Shown here one piece after another: positions 11,925 to 29,111 of a stretch of DNA of 64,000 bases (its first letter is position 1; every line of letters starts with the position of its first letter). The stretch spans positions 152,458,001 to 152,522,000 of the forward strand of contig NC_042998.1 of NCBI RefSeq assembly GCF_006345805.1, written 5' to 3'. The stretch is from Octopus sinensis (Eukaryota). The notes under the pieces are model-generated. The model saw only the letters and a list, made by a program, of their open reading frames with translations, had not been told where the DNA came from and did no database searches. The translations under genes and the position numbers were made by a program.

Positions 11925-13934
11925 CTAGTCCTCTATAGAACGCTTTCGTCGTTTGTAAGTTGCACAAGTTTGGCCCCGGACGGCAGAGCTGCTGTAGAGC
12001 TTGGCGACACTCTCGGTTCCATCGCCCAGTTTTTGCCTCTTCTTGATCCACGTTTGCAGTTCGGTCAGTAAGACGAGCTGCGGGAGGGCGCGCTTCACAA
12101 ACGGCGCCCACACCTGTTCACCGTCATCGATGAAGTTCCAGAGATGTCGCAGTCTCAGCGCATGCTTGCGCATCATCAACCACGGCATGCCCAGTCCTCC
12201 ATTTAACGGATATTTACAACAAATGGACCTCCTCACCATCGGAACGCCACCCTTCCACAGAAAGCGGAAGCGTATGCGTTCCAGTTTGATGATGGTGGCG
12301 TCGGGACAAGGCACGACGGTCAAGCGGTAATCGATGACGGATGCGATGTACGCGTTCGCCACCTCCGCCCGATCTTTTAGAGACAGCTTTCTCTCGGCCC
12401 ATGTTTGGCTGAGAGCGACCACTCTACTCGTGATCTCGTCCCAGTTCTTATCCATTTGGAGGTCCGGACTGAACCAGACCCCGAGCAATTTAATCGGTCT
12501 CTCCGTCCAGCGTCCCACTACTGAGCAGCAGTCGGACGGCATGGGCTTGCTTCTCCAGGTGCCGAGTAGCAAACCCACAGACTTTTCCGGGTTAATTTTC
12601 GTTCCCGTCACCGTTTCGTATTTTCTTAGTGTCTCGCCTATCATCTGGATGTGTTTTTCGCTCGACACTATGACGGTGACATCGTCCGCATATGCCGACA
12701 CACTCGTCCCGCAACCCAGTTCCCGTGGGATGCCCCTCAGTGTCGCCAGATTCTGCAGTAGCGGCTCGAGAGTCAATACATACAGAAGCGCCGACAGGGG
12801 ACACCCCTGACGGACCGAACGCGTGATGTCAAACGGTTTCGACAGGTGACCGTTCACCCGAATCACCGATCGGATGCCGCTATACAAGGCAGCGATCCAA
12901 CCGCGGAAGACGGGACCGAAGCCAGCCGCCCTGAGGACGGCCGCCAAGTACCGATGGTCGACCTTATCGAAGGCTTTAGACTGATCCAAATTGATCAGCC
13001 ACCCACCCATGCCAGGATCCTTAACTACCCTGTCCATAATGTAGCGCATCAGATGGAGGTTGTCATGTATGGTTCTTTCTGGCACGGCGCATGTTTGCGC
13101 CCTGTCGACCAGTTTACCAATGACAAGCGCCAACCTCTCGGCTATTACTTTGGCCAAAATTTTCAAATCTGCGTTGAGCAGAGTGATGGGCCTGAAATTA
13201 TCTATAAAATTCCCCTTGTTTGGGTCTTTCTTCAGCAACGTCACTGCACCTTGGCTCACGAAACCGGGGATTCTCCCGTTTTGTTGCCAGCTGCAGTAGA
13301 CTGATGCCAAGAGGTCATCAAACAAGTCTGGCATTTGACAATACAACTCGTAGGGTAAACCATCCAATCCAAGTGACTTATCCCTCACGCAGCCCGCCAT
13401 CGCACCCCGCACGTCGGCGGCTGTGATGGGACTTTCACAACACTCCGCTTCCCTTGCCGAGAGCCGCGGCAGGTCGGTCAGGTAGGCACTGAAATCCATC
13501 CCGCGTTCCGACTCACCACTCGCACCAAACAGACGAGCAAAGTGCTGTTGAAAGGCCTCACACATCCTTTCGGGTTCGAGTAAACTGCATCCCTGTTGAT
13601 CTATTAGAGACCGAATGGTGGTTCTGTTGCCACGTTGCACCTCCGCTACCAGTGCCTCTCGCGCAGCTTCTATCCCTTCGTTCCTTAAGGCACACATTTT
13701 AGCTCTGACGACGCAACCTTCGTGTTTGGCGTTGAGGTGTTGGTCGAGGGCCATCCTCGCAGCCAGCACATTGGTTGCGCTGCCAGTGGTAAGTGCCTCT
13801 TCTAGTTTCTTAACCAAGTCTCCCTCTACTCTATTTCGATCTATCGCTAATGCCTTGCTAAACCTAATTGATTCCGATTGTATTGCCATTTTCAGGGCGA
13901 ACCACCAGCGGTTGTTAATGACGGCTCCCGCCAA
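11925..13934 (-). pseudogene. Tx1 copy B reverse transcriptase segment
   Basis: KSLGLDGLP, NFRPITLLNAD, LDQSKAFDKVDH, RQGCPLS, SAYADD. Confidence 0.93.
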
Positions 13935-14079
13935 CGCCCTCTTAATTAACTCGCTAATCGGTTCCTGTAAACCTGTCGCGCTAAGAGCGACGTGTTCAGT
14001 TTCCAGTAACCAGGACCCTGTCTATGTGTCTTATCTAAGTCGAGCGTACACGTCACAAATTTGTGATCTGTGTAGCTGA

Positions 14080-14736
14080 CTATTTTAAATTGTGGACATC
14101 CTCACTATCCCTATCCTCTGTCCTGCATAGAATTCTATCTAGATAAGATCTCGACGATCCGACGCGGTTTGTCCAAGTCCACGTTGGCACGTTCGGATGG
14201 TCGAACCTGTCAGACAAATGGAAACGTCTGAGCAGGTCTTTGAGGCACTTACACCCCCTTCTATTCCTATCCATTCCCACATAGTCTAGATGCGTGTCCA
14301 ATGTAGCGTTCCAATCCCCTACTAACAGTAAAGGTCTAGATGTACCCAGGAAAACCTCTAGACGTCTGAAGAAATCCGCCCGACCCGTTAAGGACGGTGC
14401 ATAAACTGCCATCAGACGGAATGCATACCCATTTCTGCCATCCACGTCCAAGACAACTAGCCTACCCTCCGAGTCTAGGAATATTGTTCTTACTTTTACA
14501 TTTAGACTCTTTCGAAAAAGCACAGCGGTACCTCCACCACCCATGTTCGGCAGACAGGGAGAAAAATAAATGTCGAATTGGTCGCCAAACATGGATTCGA
14601 GGGCCCACGGCTTGCTGAGTCTGGTTTCACTGATAGCTACTATATCCACGTTCAGTGACTTGATGTCGTTTAGAAGGAAACCTTGCTTCCAAGCCGACGC
14701 CAAGCCACGCGCATTCACACAACCTAATTTAAGCAT
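14080..14736 (-). pseudogene. Tx1 copy B APE endonuclease (frameshifted at its C-terminus)
   Basis: CVNARGL, ISETRL, AVYAP, VGDWNA, YLDRI. Confidence 0.9.
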
Positions 14737-17086
14737 AATTGACGTTTAAGAAAATTGTGTTTCACACACTACATTGAAAGAGACAAGAGGCAAGAGGGAA
14801 GGTCACTTACTCATTTCGAAAGTTTGAGTTTTTTCTTCTTTTGAAATGTTTTTGAGGAGGTGTTTGTAGACTTTTTTCGACAAGTATTTTTGAAACCCCC
14901 GACCGCATTTGGAAGTATGGTTTTCAGTGTGTGGTGCTGTGTTTGTGTTATGTGTACAATTCTTATGTGTTTCGGTGGTGTTGTGCGTGGATGATTATTT
15001 ACTTTAAAGTCATCTTCACAGATGTTTGTGTTGGATGCAATGTATTCCATTAGTTTTTTATTGTCCGTGTCTATTGCTGTTAGATGTGTGTGTGGTTTTG
15101 CAGGGTCATTGATGTTTTGATTGTCTAAGGGGGTGCTGTCAGGAGTTAAATATCTCCCTGCTTTACTTGCTTGTTTGGTGGGCTTTTTTTATCTTTTCCT
15201 TTTATCCCCTGTGGCTATTTGCCATTCCGTCGAACTTTCGTCGTTGGACGAAGAGTCTGACGAATCAGAAGGGGGTAAAGGCAAAGCATTTGCGTTAATA
15301 TGTATGTTTGTAGAAAGTGTTGTTGTTTTGTGCGGTGTTTGTGTTGTTGTGGTGTTAGGGGTAGAATTTGTCTTCTCGTCACTGTTATCTGTTTTCTTAG
15401 TTGTCGTCCTTGGCGCTGGTGCTGGTCTGTCTTTTAATATTGGTTGTGGTTTTGTTTCTTTATTTGGTTGCGACGTCAGTGGTAATTGTGTTGATGCTGT
15501 TTCTTTTCTTGGTGATGTTGTTGGTGATGTTTGCTAGTTTGTTGTTGTTCTTGGCATTGTTCCATATTTCTATATAATTCTTGTATCAGTTGTGGGTTTG
15601 GTGGTGTTGGTAGCAGAGGTTTTTTATTTGTTTTCTGATTTGTTTTTTCTGTCCCAGAACGCACTTTGCAATTAAGTGGTCTGGGCTGCCGGAGTTGTAG
15701 CATCTTGACTTTTTACCTTCTGCTACCACATACAGGCTTTGCTCATTTTCCAAGTATATGATACTGGGCAAGTTCTCGATAGAGGACCCATCGATTTGAA
15801 TGGTCACCTCTATCGATTTACCAGTCCAATTATAATTTTTGAACACGGCGATTTCCAAAATGTTTATTGATTTCAAGTGATAACATATCGCCGATGTCTA
15901 AGGGTGGGATTTCCGGCGGGACATTTTTAATTTTAATTTTGCTCACTCTTTGTACTTTGTAAAATGGTATCATAATGAGTTCATCATTCTGCAAAGTTTC
16001 TGTAGAGTGAGCTTTTGCCACTTCCTGGTTAGGGAAGCGGACCACCACTGTATTAAACTGGGGACCCCAGTTTATGTATTCTTTTATTTTCATGTTTTTC
16101 GCACATTTTTCTACGTCCGTTTTTTGTTATTTGTTCGTTTTGTTTTTTGTTTTTTCTAATAATTTTATATAGAATTGTTCTTTTTTCTACTTCTTCTTTA
16201 AGGTGTTGTGGTGTATGTAGTATTAAATTTTGCCCTGAAGTTGTGAAGAGGGATCTTGTCTCTATCAACTCTTCATTTGTGAACTGTATAGTTTCCCTTT
16301 TTTGTAGCAGGGTGTCAGCGAAATTCAGTTCTCTTCTGGCAGTTGTTGTCGTTGTGTGTTTTTGTTGTTGTTGTATCAAAATTATTGTTGGTTGTTGTAG
16401 TGTTTGTAGCTTTTTCAGGTACTGTTACTTTTGTCATGTTAATATTATCTTCACCATCATTAATAGGTGAGATAATCAAATCTTGCAAAACATCGTGGTC
16501 GTTTATATTTACTTCCTTTTTGTTGTTGTTATTCTTGTTGTTGTTGTTGTTGTTAACGGTTGTTGTGTCAGCTTTAGTTCTATCATTTGTGTTGTTGGTG
16601 GTGGTGGTGGCGGTGTTGATTTCAGTTTTATCTTTCTTTATAACAGCGTCTTTGTTGACTGTCTTTTCCAAAATAGGGAAATCCTCCTTAGAAAAAATCG
16701 TAGAATATTGTTCTACAATAAGATTTCTCGACATTTTTTTTTCGAGAAAAATAAAATCAATTGATGAAAATGCCCCTAGGGGTGAATTCTACATTTTAAA
16801 AACGCCCAAACGAAAGTTGGGCGTTTGAAAAGTTGAAAAACTCCGAAAATGTATAACGTAAACAGATGGATGCAAACGAGAGAGAGAGAGAGAACAGCGT
16901 CTACGCGTTATGAGAAACGCTTCGCCGACATTGTGTGAAAACAAGCTATGGAAACAAAAATTTTGATATATAATCACGGTTGAAATTGCACCTAGGGGCA
17001 AAATCCCCTCCGGAAAACCCACCCAGACGAAAGCTGGGTGTCTTATACACTCCGTGTGCAAAAGCTGAAACGAAAGATCGAGATAT

Positions 17087-18633
17087 GTTTCTTTATTAGC
17101 CACACAGGGCTGCACACAGACAGGACAAATTACAAGGTAGAGCTTTGGGGGGGGGTAAAAAGGGGGTTTGGTTTTCGATCAAAAGGGATCGTAAAAGGAA
17201 AGAAAGAGGACAAAAAAAGGGGGGGATAAAATTTTTTTAAAAAAAGGGAAAGGAAAAAAATTTATCAATAGGGATCGTTATCACAGAAATGTCAATATAA
17301 AGTGTAAAGGTGTTAGGGGTAGAATTTGTCTTCTCGTCACTGTTATCTGTTTTCTTAGTTGTCGTCCTTGGCGCTGGTGCTGGTCTGTCTTTTAATATTG
17401 GTTGTGGTTTTGTTTCTTTATTTGGTTGCGACGTCAGTGGTAATTGTGTTGATGCTGTTTCTTTTCTTGGTGATGTTGTTGGTGATGTTTGCTAGTTTGT
17501 TGTTGTTCTTGGCATTGTTCCATATTTCTATATAATTCTTGTATCAGTTGTGGGTTTGGTGGTGTTGGTAGCAGAGGTTTTTTATTTGTTTTCTGATTTG
17601 TTTTTTCTGTCCCAGAACGCACTTTGCAATTAAGTGGTCTGGGCTGCCGGAGTTGTAGCATCTTGACCAGGTGAGGTTTACCCGTGGAAAGAAAAGCCTA
17701 CGGAAAAGACCACGGTAACCTCGGTCAATTAAGTCACATGTTATATTTTTTTACAAATAAGCAACTCTCTGTACTAATTTTTACGGTTCATAGGATCATA
17801 GTCAAGGTGGCTTCGTCATTCATACGTGCCATCCTTGCTACATTCACCCATCTTTTTTTAAAACATTCACTAGACAACACTTGCTATCTCTGCCTACTGT
17901 CCTACACAGTATCCTATCTAGATACGATCTCGACGACCCACTGCGGTTGCTCCGTGTCCACGTTGGTGCATTTGGGTGGTCGAGTCGGTACCTGTCAGAC
18001 AGTTGGAATCGTCTGAGCAGGTCTCTGAGGCATTTTCATCCCCTTCTGTTTTTGTTTCTCCCCACATAGTCTACATGCGTGTCCAAGGTAGCATTCCAAT
18101 CCCCCACTAAAATTAAAGGACGAGACGTTCCCCGGAATACTTCTAGACGTCGAAAGAAATCCGGCCGACCTGTATAAGGCGGTGCGTAGACTGATACGAG
18201 TCGAAAAGCGCACCCATTGCTGCCGTCGACATCCAGAACGACCAGTCTACCCTCCGGGTCTACGAATATCGTCTTGACTTCGAGATCCAGGCTCTTGTGA
18301 AAAAGTACCGCGGTGCCACTACCGCCCATCCTCGGCAGACAGAGAGCAAAATAAATGTTAAACTGTCCGCCAAACACGGACTTTAGGGCCCGTGGCTCGT
18401 GGAGTCTGGTGTCACTTATGGCTATGATTCCCAAATCGTGTGATTTGATGTCATTTAGGAGGTATCCTTGTTTCCAAGGAGACCCCAAGCCACGCGCATT
18501 CACACAATCAATCTTGACCATGATTCTATTGGGGTGTGTGCTTTAAAACACAAAAAGGAAAGTACAGAGAGTTACTTGTGTCGAAAGTTTCGGCTTCCTC
18601 GTCCTTTGATGTGTCTTGGAGGAGGTTTTTATA
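17087..18633 (-). mobile_element. Tx1 copy C: 5'-truncated, RT-deleted, with an insert in the 3'UTR
   Basis: 3' terminus at 17087; ORF2 tail joined at ~17885 to the endonuclease (MVKIDCVNARGLGSPW, 18036-18521); ORF1 tail up to 18633. Confidence 0.85.
17309..17667. repeat. 359-bp direct copy of 15351-15709 (copy B ORF1)
   Basis: Identical by eye, at offset 1958. Confidence 0.92.
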
Positions 18634-18634
18634 G

Positions 18635-23278
<4,644 letters not shown>

Positions 23279-23760
23279 CTTAAAACAAATTCATAAAATA
23301 ATACTCCTTTACTTGCTACTTTCCCCAACATATATCTCTAAAGAATACAAATGTAAACAGAGAGAGAGTGGTCAAAAGAGAGAGAAAGTGTGTGATAGAC
23401 AGGGATATACATACACACACGCACATGCACATGCTCGTACAAGTATACACACCCAAAAGTAACCAACAACCGCGAACCGAAGCCATGTCTCGTTAACACG
23501 GAACTTTGCTGTAAGAGTGGGGAGAAGTGATACAACATGAGCGCCATTTGTCGGTTACTCCAGTACAGAAGGAACTTGCTGTGAGGTCAACTACGTACTG
23601 TTTCCTGGCTTCGTGACCTGCACCAAAACTAATCCACTGGAAGCAAAGTGGTAAACTATTTAATACGAAGAGTCGCCTCATCCGTACAGTAAATACACAC
23701 GCCGACACACACAAACACGCTCACGCAGACACATATACACACATGCATATATATATATAT

Positions 23761-23794
<34 letters not shown>

Positions 23795-24034
23795 CACACA
23801 CATATATATGTGTGTGTGTGTATGTACGCACACACGGTATGTACACAAACACATAAACGGTAGCTATGCAAACACATTTCCATCAATATGTATACTGATC
23901 CATACATACACACAACCACATGCATTGTTATGTATTTCAGTGTATATATAATGTATGTACATAAATATATGTGAGTGTATACATATATATGTGTGTGTCT
24001 GTCTGTATGTATATTTGTGTATATATTGTATTTA

Positions 24035-24082
<48 letters not shown>

Positions 24083-24357
24083 TGTGTGTACGCATATTTG
24101 TGTATATATTGTATTTATATATGTATATATGTATATATGTATATATGTATATAGATGTGTGTGTGTATAACTTTATGGATTAATACCATTGATATCCTAT
24201 ACTATAAAATCTCTATTATTTTTCCCAAAATTTACTAGTTTGAACATGGACGAAATCAGCATATTAGTGAGAATAATATTAATAAGAAATCCTACCGTTC
24301 TTCTATTCCACATCCAAATCAAAGCACTGTTAGAGATCAATTCAAAACTAACATACC

Positions 24358-24582
24358 TGTTATATCCTTATGGATGAACGAATAAACTGCAACAGTGTAA
24401 TAACAATATAATCGAAACAAACGGCAGTAACCACACGAACATAACAATATTTTAAGAACCAACAATCCAACACGCTAACTCGAACTGTAAACTTTGAACT
24501 ACCTCACTTACTCAGACCGCTACTATTTATATGTAGTGGTCTAATCCATTCTCACCAGGCGGCGTAGTACTCTCGCACAACA
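24358..24582 (-). repeat. 3' LTR (225 bp, TGTTGTG...GATATAACA)
   Basis: Follows PPT AAAAGGGGAGA; TATA box at 24526-24531; 24358-24501 is homologous to 28515-28659. Confidence 0.85.
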
Positions 24583-27500
24583 TCTCCCCTTTTGAGATTT
24601 CGTGTTCCAAAGGAACAAAGACATTTTATTGATATATATATAGTGTCTCTTTCGTATGGGCATTATCTCATGGTGTTTGGTCTGCCTTCTTTTCTCATGC
24701 TGGTTCTATTACTTTTGGTACATCGAATATTTCACAGAATACTTCCATGGGAATTTCTTCCTGATCTTAGGTATGCCTCTTCCTTAGTTAGTTTATATGT
24801 CTCTTATCTTCACCGTGTGACCCTTTAATTAAATACATCATACTTTCAACTTTTCTGGTAACAAGGCCAACTTTCCAGCCTTCTTTGCCGTTTCTATAGG
24901 TTTTGAAGTGCACTTTATCACCTATTCCGACGCATTTCTTTGGATCTTTCGTATTTCCTTTACATCATTTTTTCTCAGGTAGTAACTTATCAAAAATAGA
25001 TTCTATTCTTCTATTCTTCCCTGAATTTGTACTTTGATTGGGGGTCACTTTGCATATTATTAAAAAATTTGTCAGTGCTTCGTTCGTTACTTAATTCATT
25101 CCTCGCTTTTCTTAACGCTCTCTGAAAGCTGTCCACAAATCTTTCTACCTGCTCGTTTGATAGCAGGTGGTAGGGTGGAGTGAAAATATGCTTTATCGCA
25201 TGCCTTTTACAGAAGTTCTTGAATTCAAACCCAGAGAACTGCGTTCCGTTGTCTGAAGTTAGAGCGTCAGGGACACCATATCGCGCAAATAATTCGTATA
25301 AGAACTTTATAACTGTCTTAGAAGTTGACCTATAGCACTTGCAAACGCCAGCCACTTAGTACAGCTATCTATTACGATTAGGCAGTAAGCGCCGTTTACC
25401 GGCCCGGCATAGTCAATGTGTAATCTAGACCATGGGTTCTCCGTCTCTGGCCACGATTGATATTTTACCAGCGAAAGTTTGGCCGCAAGGGCGCAAACTC
25501 GGCACGTTCTCACCATATTTTCGATATGTCGGTCCATAGACAGCCAATAGACATAACTCCTCGTCAGAACCTTCATCCTTACCATTCCTGGATGTCTGCT
25601 GTGTTGGGACCACCACTCTTTGGGCATACATTAGAATATCGTCGCATAATTAAAACAACTGGCATCTGAACTTTTATTCTGTTTAATTTTTAAAGCTTCT
25701 TTTATTTTCGTAATATACTCATAACCTACAGCTTTCATTCTTATACCCTGTGCCGTCACTGGTAGTTCTTGGATAACGTTCGTCATAACACTTTTAATTT
25801 CACTTTCAACCTGCAGTGCACCTATAACAGTCTCTTCTAGAGATTCCATATTTTTTTGGAATTAACCTCGAAAGGCAATCCGCATGACCGGTTTTTATGG
25901 AGTGTATTGCATTTTGAAATTATAATTTAGTAATATTACACCCCAATTTTGCAGGCGGTTCACAGTATGAGTCGATTACTTTTTTAAGACCCAGAAATCG
26001 ATAGCAAGGGTCTATGGTCTATTTGCAATAACAAATTTCTGCCATGTAGAAACCTGTGAAATTTTTCAACTGCAAAAATAATTGCTAGGGCCTCCTTTTC
26101 AATTTGACTATATCTCCTCTCTGCCGCTATTAGCAAGTGCGAGACACGAACCACTGGTTTTGTATTTCCGCCTTCGTATTTATGAAGTAAAACTGCACTT
26201 AATCCGTGCTCGGAAGAACCATATGCTACAATGACGTTCATATCGGGATCGTAACGTGCTAACGACAGTTCTGTGATTAGCATTTTTTTTATTTCTTCAA
26301 AAGTGTTCTGGCATTTAGTGAACCAATTCCACTTTACTCCTTTTTTTAATTAGTCGTTCAATGGAGCTCATAGTTTGTGCGTATTGGGAATATAGTTTTC
26401 GTAGTAGTTTGCCAATCCAAGAAATGCTTGTTAGGTTGGAATATTTGTCGGCGCAGGCATATTCCTTTTGCTTCTGCCCTCGACGGGTCAAGACGTCTAC
26501 CACTTTTATCAATTATTTGTCCTAAGTACTTAATTTGAGGTTGAAAGAATTTGCATTTTTCTTCACTCAAAGTGAACCAGAAAACTTTAATTTTCTTAAA
26601 TACAGCGTTTATGTATTCCACATGAAGTTCACGAGAAGAATTACTCTAGATCAAAATATTGTCCATGTACGGGATTGCAAATTCTCAACCAGATAACATA
26701 GTATCCATGATTTTCTGGAATATTGCTGGTGCCATTTTCAATCCAAAAGGTAATATATCTGTAAATCCTCTGCGTGTATTTATTATCAAATACTTTGAGC
26801 ATTTTTCATTTACTTTTATTTATAAATAGGCTTCGAACAGATCTAATTTGGAAAAAAGTTTTCCGCCATTTAACTTTGAAAAAATGTACTCTGCAGTCTG
26901 GAATGGACGGTGGAATGTTTTTAAGCTGTCGTTTAATCCGGTAGAGAAATCGGCACATAGCCTAATCTTCTTATTTTTTTTTAATACATACCGTGGGTGC
27001 TGCCCACTTCGAATAAATACACCTTTTTGATGACTCCACTCTTTTATAGTCTGTCCGACTCTTCATTTACAGTTTGAATCGCAGCGAACGGTACTTTTCT
27101 GCTTACTTTAAATATAGGTACAGCCTTTTCACTTGAAAATAGGCGTCCGTCTTTTTACAAAGATCTAAATCCTCTAACACTTGCGGGAACATTTTTCTCA
27201 ATTTTAAGACTTGTTTTTAACGGGACAACCATTTCTGTTCTTGCGGTAAAGATTTATGGGGAGGTACCATAAATCGAATAGTTCGAACCTATCTGTGCCA
27301 AACAGATTGATTGTATTATCCACAACGAATAGTTTTGCTTCGAAATGTGACGTCGATAAATGTAATTTATCACCCGTCATACCACGTGCTATTTCCGCTG
27401 TTTTACGTAATCTCGGTTTACCATTTTTTCCAAGTATCCGCATTTATAATCGTGATGTCACTACCTTTGTCTAACTGTAATTTAGTCGTCACATCATTTA

Positions 27501-28499
27501 TTTTTACGTGCATGAATTTTCTTGTTTTTCTTTCGCAGGCCTTAGAACCTTTCGTGTTTGAGCCTCATAGTCTTGTTTTACAATGAGAACTCCTGTGTGA
27601 CCAGCTTCTGACAATTATAGCACTTTTTGACTTTAAACGGGTAATCCTTTTTGTAGTGTTAGCCTCTACAACCACCACACGGATTGGGGCCTGACACTTT
27701 TTTTTAAATTGTGATTCTCGGGATGACACATTTGAATTTTTGCAGTCTTTATTTTGTATTTTTTTCACATCATCTTTAAGATATACTATAGTCTGACATT
27801 CTTCTACGATAACCTGTAGAGATAAATCCTTGTTCGCTTGCTCTGTTTTCGAGAGAATCCTTACCCGAATTTCTCTATCTTCACGTACGATAAGTCCTTG
27901 CACGAAGACAAGTGATTTGAACATAACCTGAGTAAGATCCTGAAGTTTGAAATTTTCGCACATACGGTTGACTACTCCGGCGTAAGTGATAAGATCATCC
28001 TCCTCATTTTTTGTTAAGTTTCAACATTTCTTTCTGATGCTGAATAATGAACTTCTATCACAAAAATTTTCGAAAGCAGTTCCACGGTTTCTTGGAAACC
28101 AATCTCACTCGACTTTTGGGGCAGAATAAAGTTACAGTAACGCTCATGTTCGGCAGGAGCTACCTTGCGTAGTAAAAACCTTACTTTCTGCTCTCCGATC
28201 ATGACTTGCACTCGTTGTTAAAAATTTCCTCGTATCTTCTATAATACGCGGGAAACGTAATACCTTCCTCCGGATTATACATAAATTCAGAAATTACGTT
28301 AGCCACGCCGTCTGGCGTAAACGAGTTTACTGGATTTTCGGACTTCGCCAACTGCAACTTTATAAATTATTGTTGTTGTTGTATATGTTTTTGCAACTCC
28401 TGTAGTTGTTCCTGTTGCTTCTCTTGAAGCTGTGCTACTGCGGCTAATAGGTTTTCCATGACGCAGAAATTGTCAAATAACCAGTATGAGTTTCGAACG

Positions 28500-28512
28500 A
28501 TCCTCGTCACCA
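28500..28512 (-). promoter_or_regulatory. Primer-binding site, tRNA-Ser(GCU)-like
   Basis: TGGTGACGAGGAT, 2 nt inside the 5' LTR; one change from TGGCGACGAGGAT, the complement of the tRNA-Ser(GCU) 3' end as I recall it. Confidence 0.65.
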
Positions 28513-28514
28513 GA

Positions 28515-29111
28515 TGTTATATCCTTATAGATAAACGAATAAAGTGCAATATAATAACAACATAATCGAAACAAACGGCAGTAACCACACGGAACGTAAC
28601 AACTATCTTTTAAAAACCAACAATCCAACACGCTAACTCGAACTGTAAACTTTTAACTATCAACACACGAACTGTGGAACTAGCACGATGGTTTTATTCA
28701 AACCGCAAGAGTTAAACAAAGAGGGGACAATACACGGGACAGATGGGGTCGGGGACTTATCGAATGATACTACATATATGAATAAATACATTATAATTTC
28801 GGATGAACACGAAAAAATTAATGGCTGCGGAATGGGTTTGACCCTACCAACCACATTCCTGCATTGAGCCGTTTACTTCGTTTTTTTATATACTCCGCTT
28901 AGTTAGGCATTTACATAACTAACATTCGGGTTACTTTCTTCCATCTTCTTTCGTACTTATTTGCCGTCAAGTATTTCTTCTCCAGAGATGCATTCCCTCT
29001 TAGGTGATATAAAAAGTGGTTAACCACAGCATGCCCGGAGACAAAGGTGCTTGATGCGATACCTCTTCCACACGCCTTACATATCACCTCTTTAGGTGAA
29101 AATAGGTTACA
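28515..29111 (-). repeat. 5' LTR: R/U5-like part shared with the 3' LTR plus an unrelated ~450-bp LTR-like segment
   Basis: Homology to the 3' LTR stops at 28659; the outer segment starts TGTAAC and has a TATA box (~28884-28892) and AATAAA (28693-28698). Confidence 0.55.

Larger units (their letters stand above)
11043..17080 (-). mobile_element. Tx1-clade non-LTR retrotransposon copy B (near full length, defective, different subfamily)
   Basis: ORF1 ATG 16734 with SRCYNSGSPDHLIAKC knuckle remnant, stop 14811; ORF2 ATG 14736; 669-codon RT segment with SVRQGCPLS and YADD; CSRCGQNDET. Confidence 0.93.
24358..29111 (-). mobile_element. Decayed Ty3/gypsy LTR retrotransposon (gag-PR-RT-RH-INT); right boundary inferred
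   Basis: gag ATG 28459; RT (FSKLDL...PFGLKMAPAIFQ...YMDNIL); RNase H (YSQIEKEALAIIFAVEKFHRFLHGR...DHRPL); integrase (HPGMVRMK, WSRLHIDYAGP, SDNGTQF); PPT 24583-24593. Right end set by TTACA plus a candidate TSD. Confidence 0.85.

Noticed and set aside
15351-17667. CRISPR-like or regularly spaced repeat array within the Tx1 cluster
   Set aside because: No constant repeat/spacer periodicity; the repeats are microsatellites and one 359-bp duplication.
23480-23700. GC-richer unique segment with a possible 38-nt minus-strand mini-exon (cag|TGGATT...GAAACA|gtacgt)
   Set aside because: Splice-like signals only; no recognisable protein similarity. RNA-seq would be needed.
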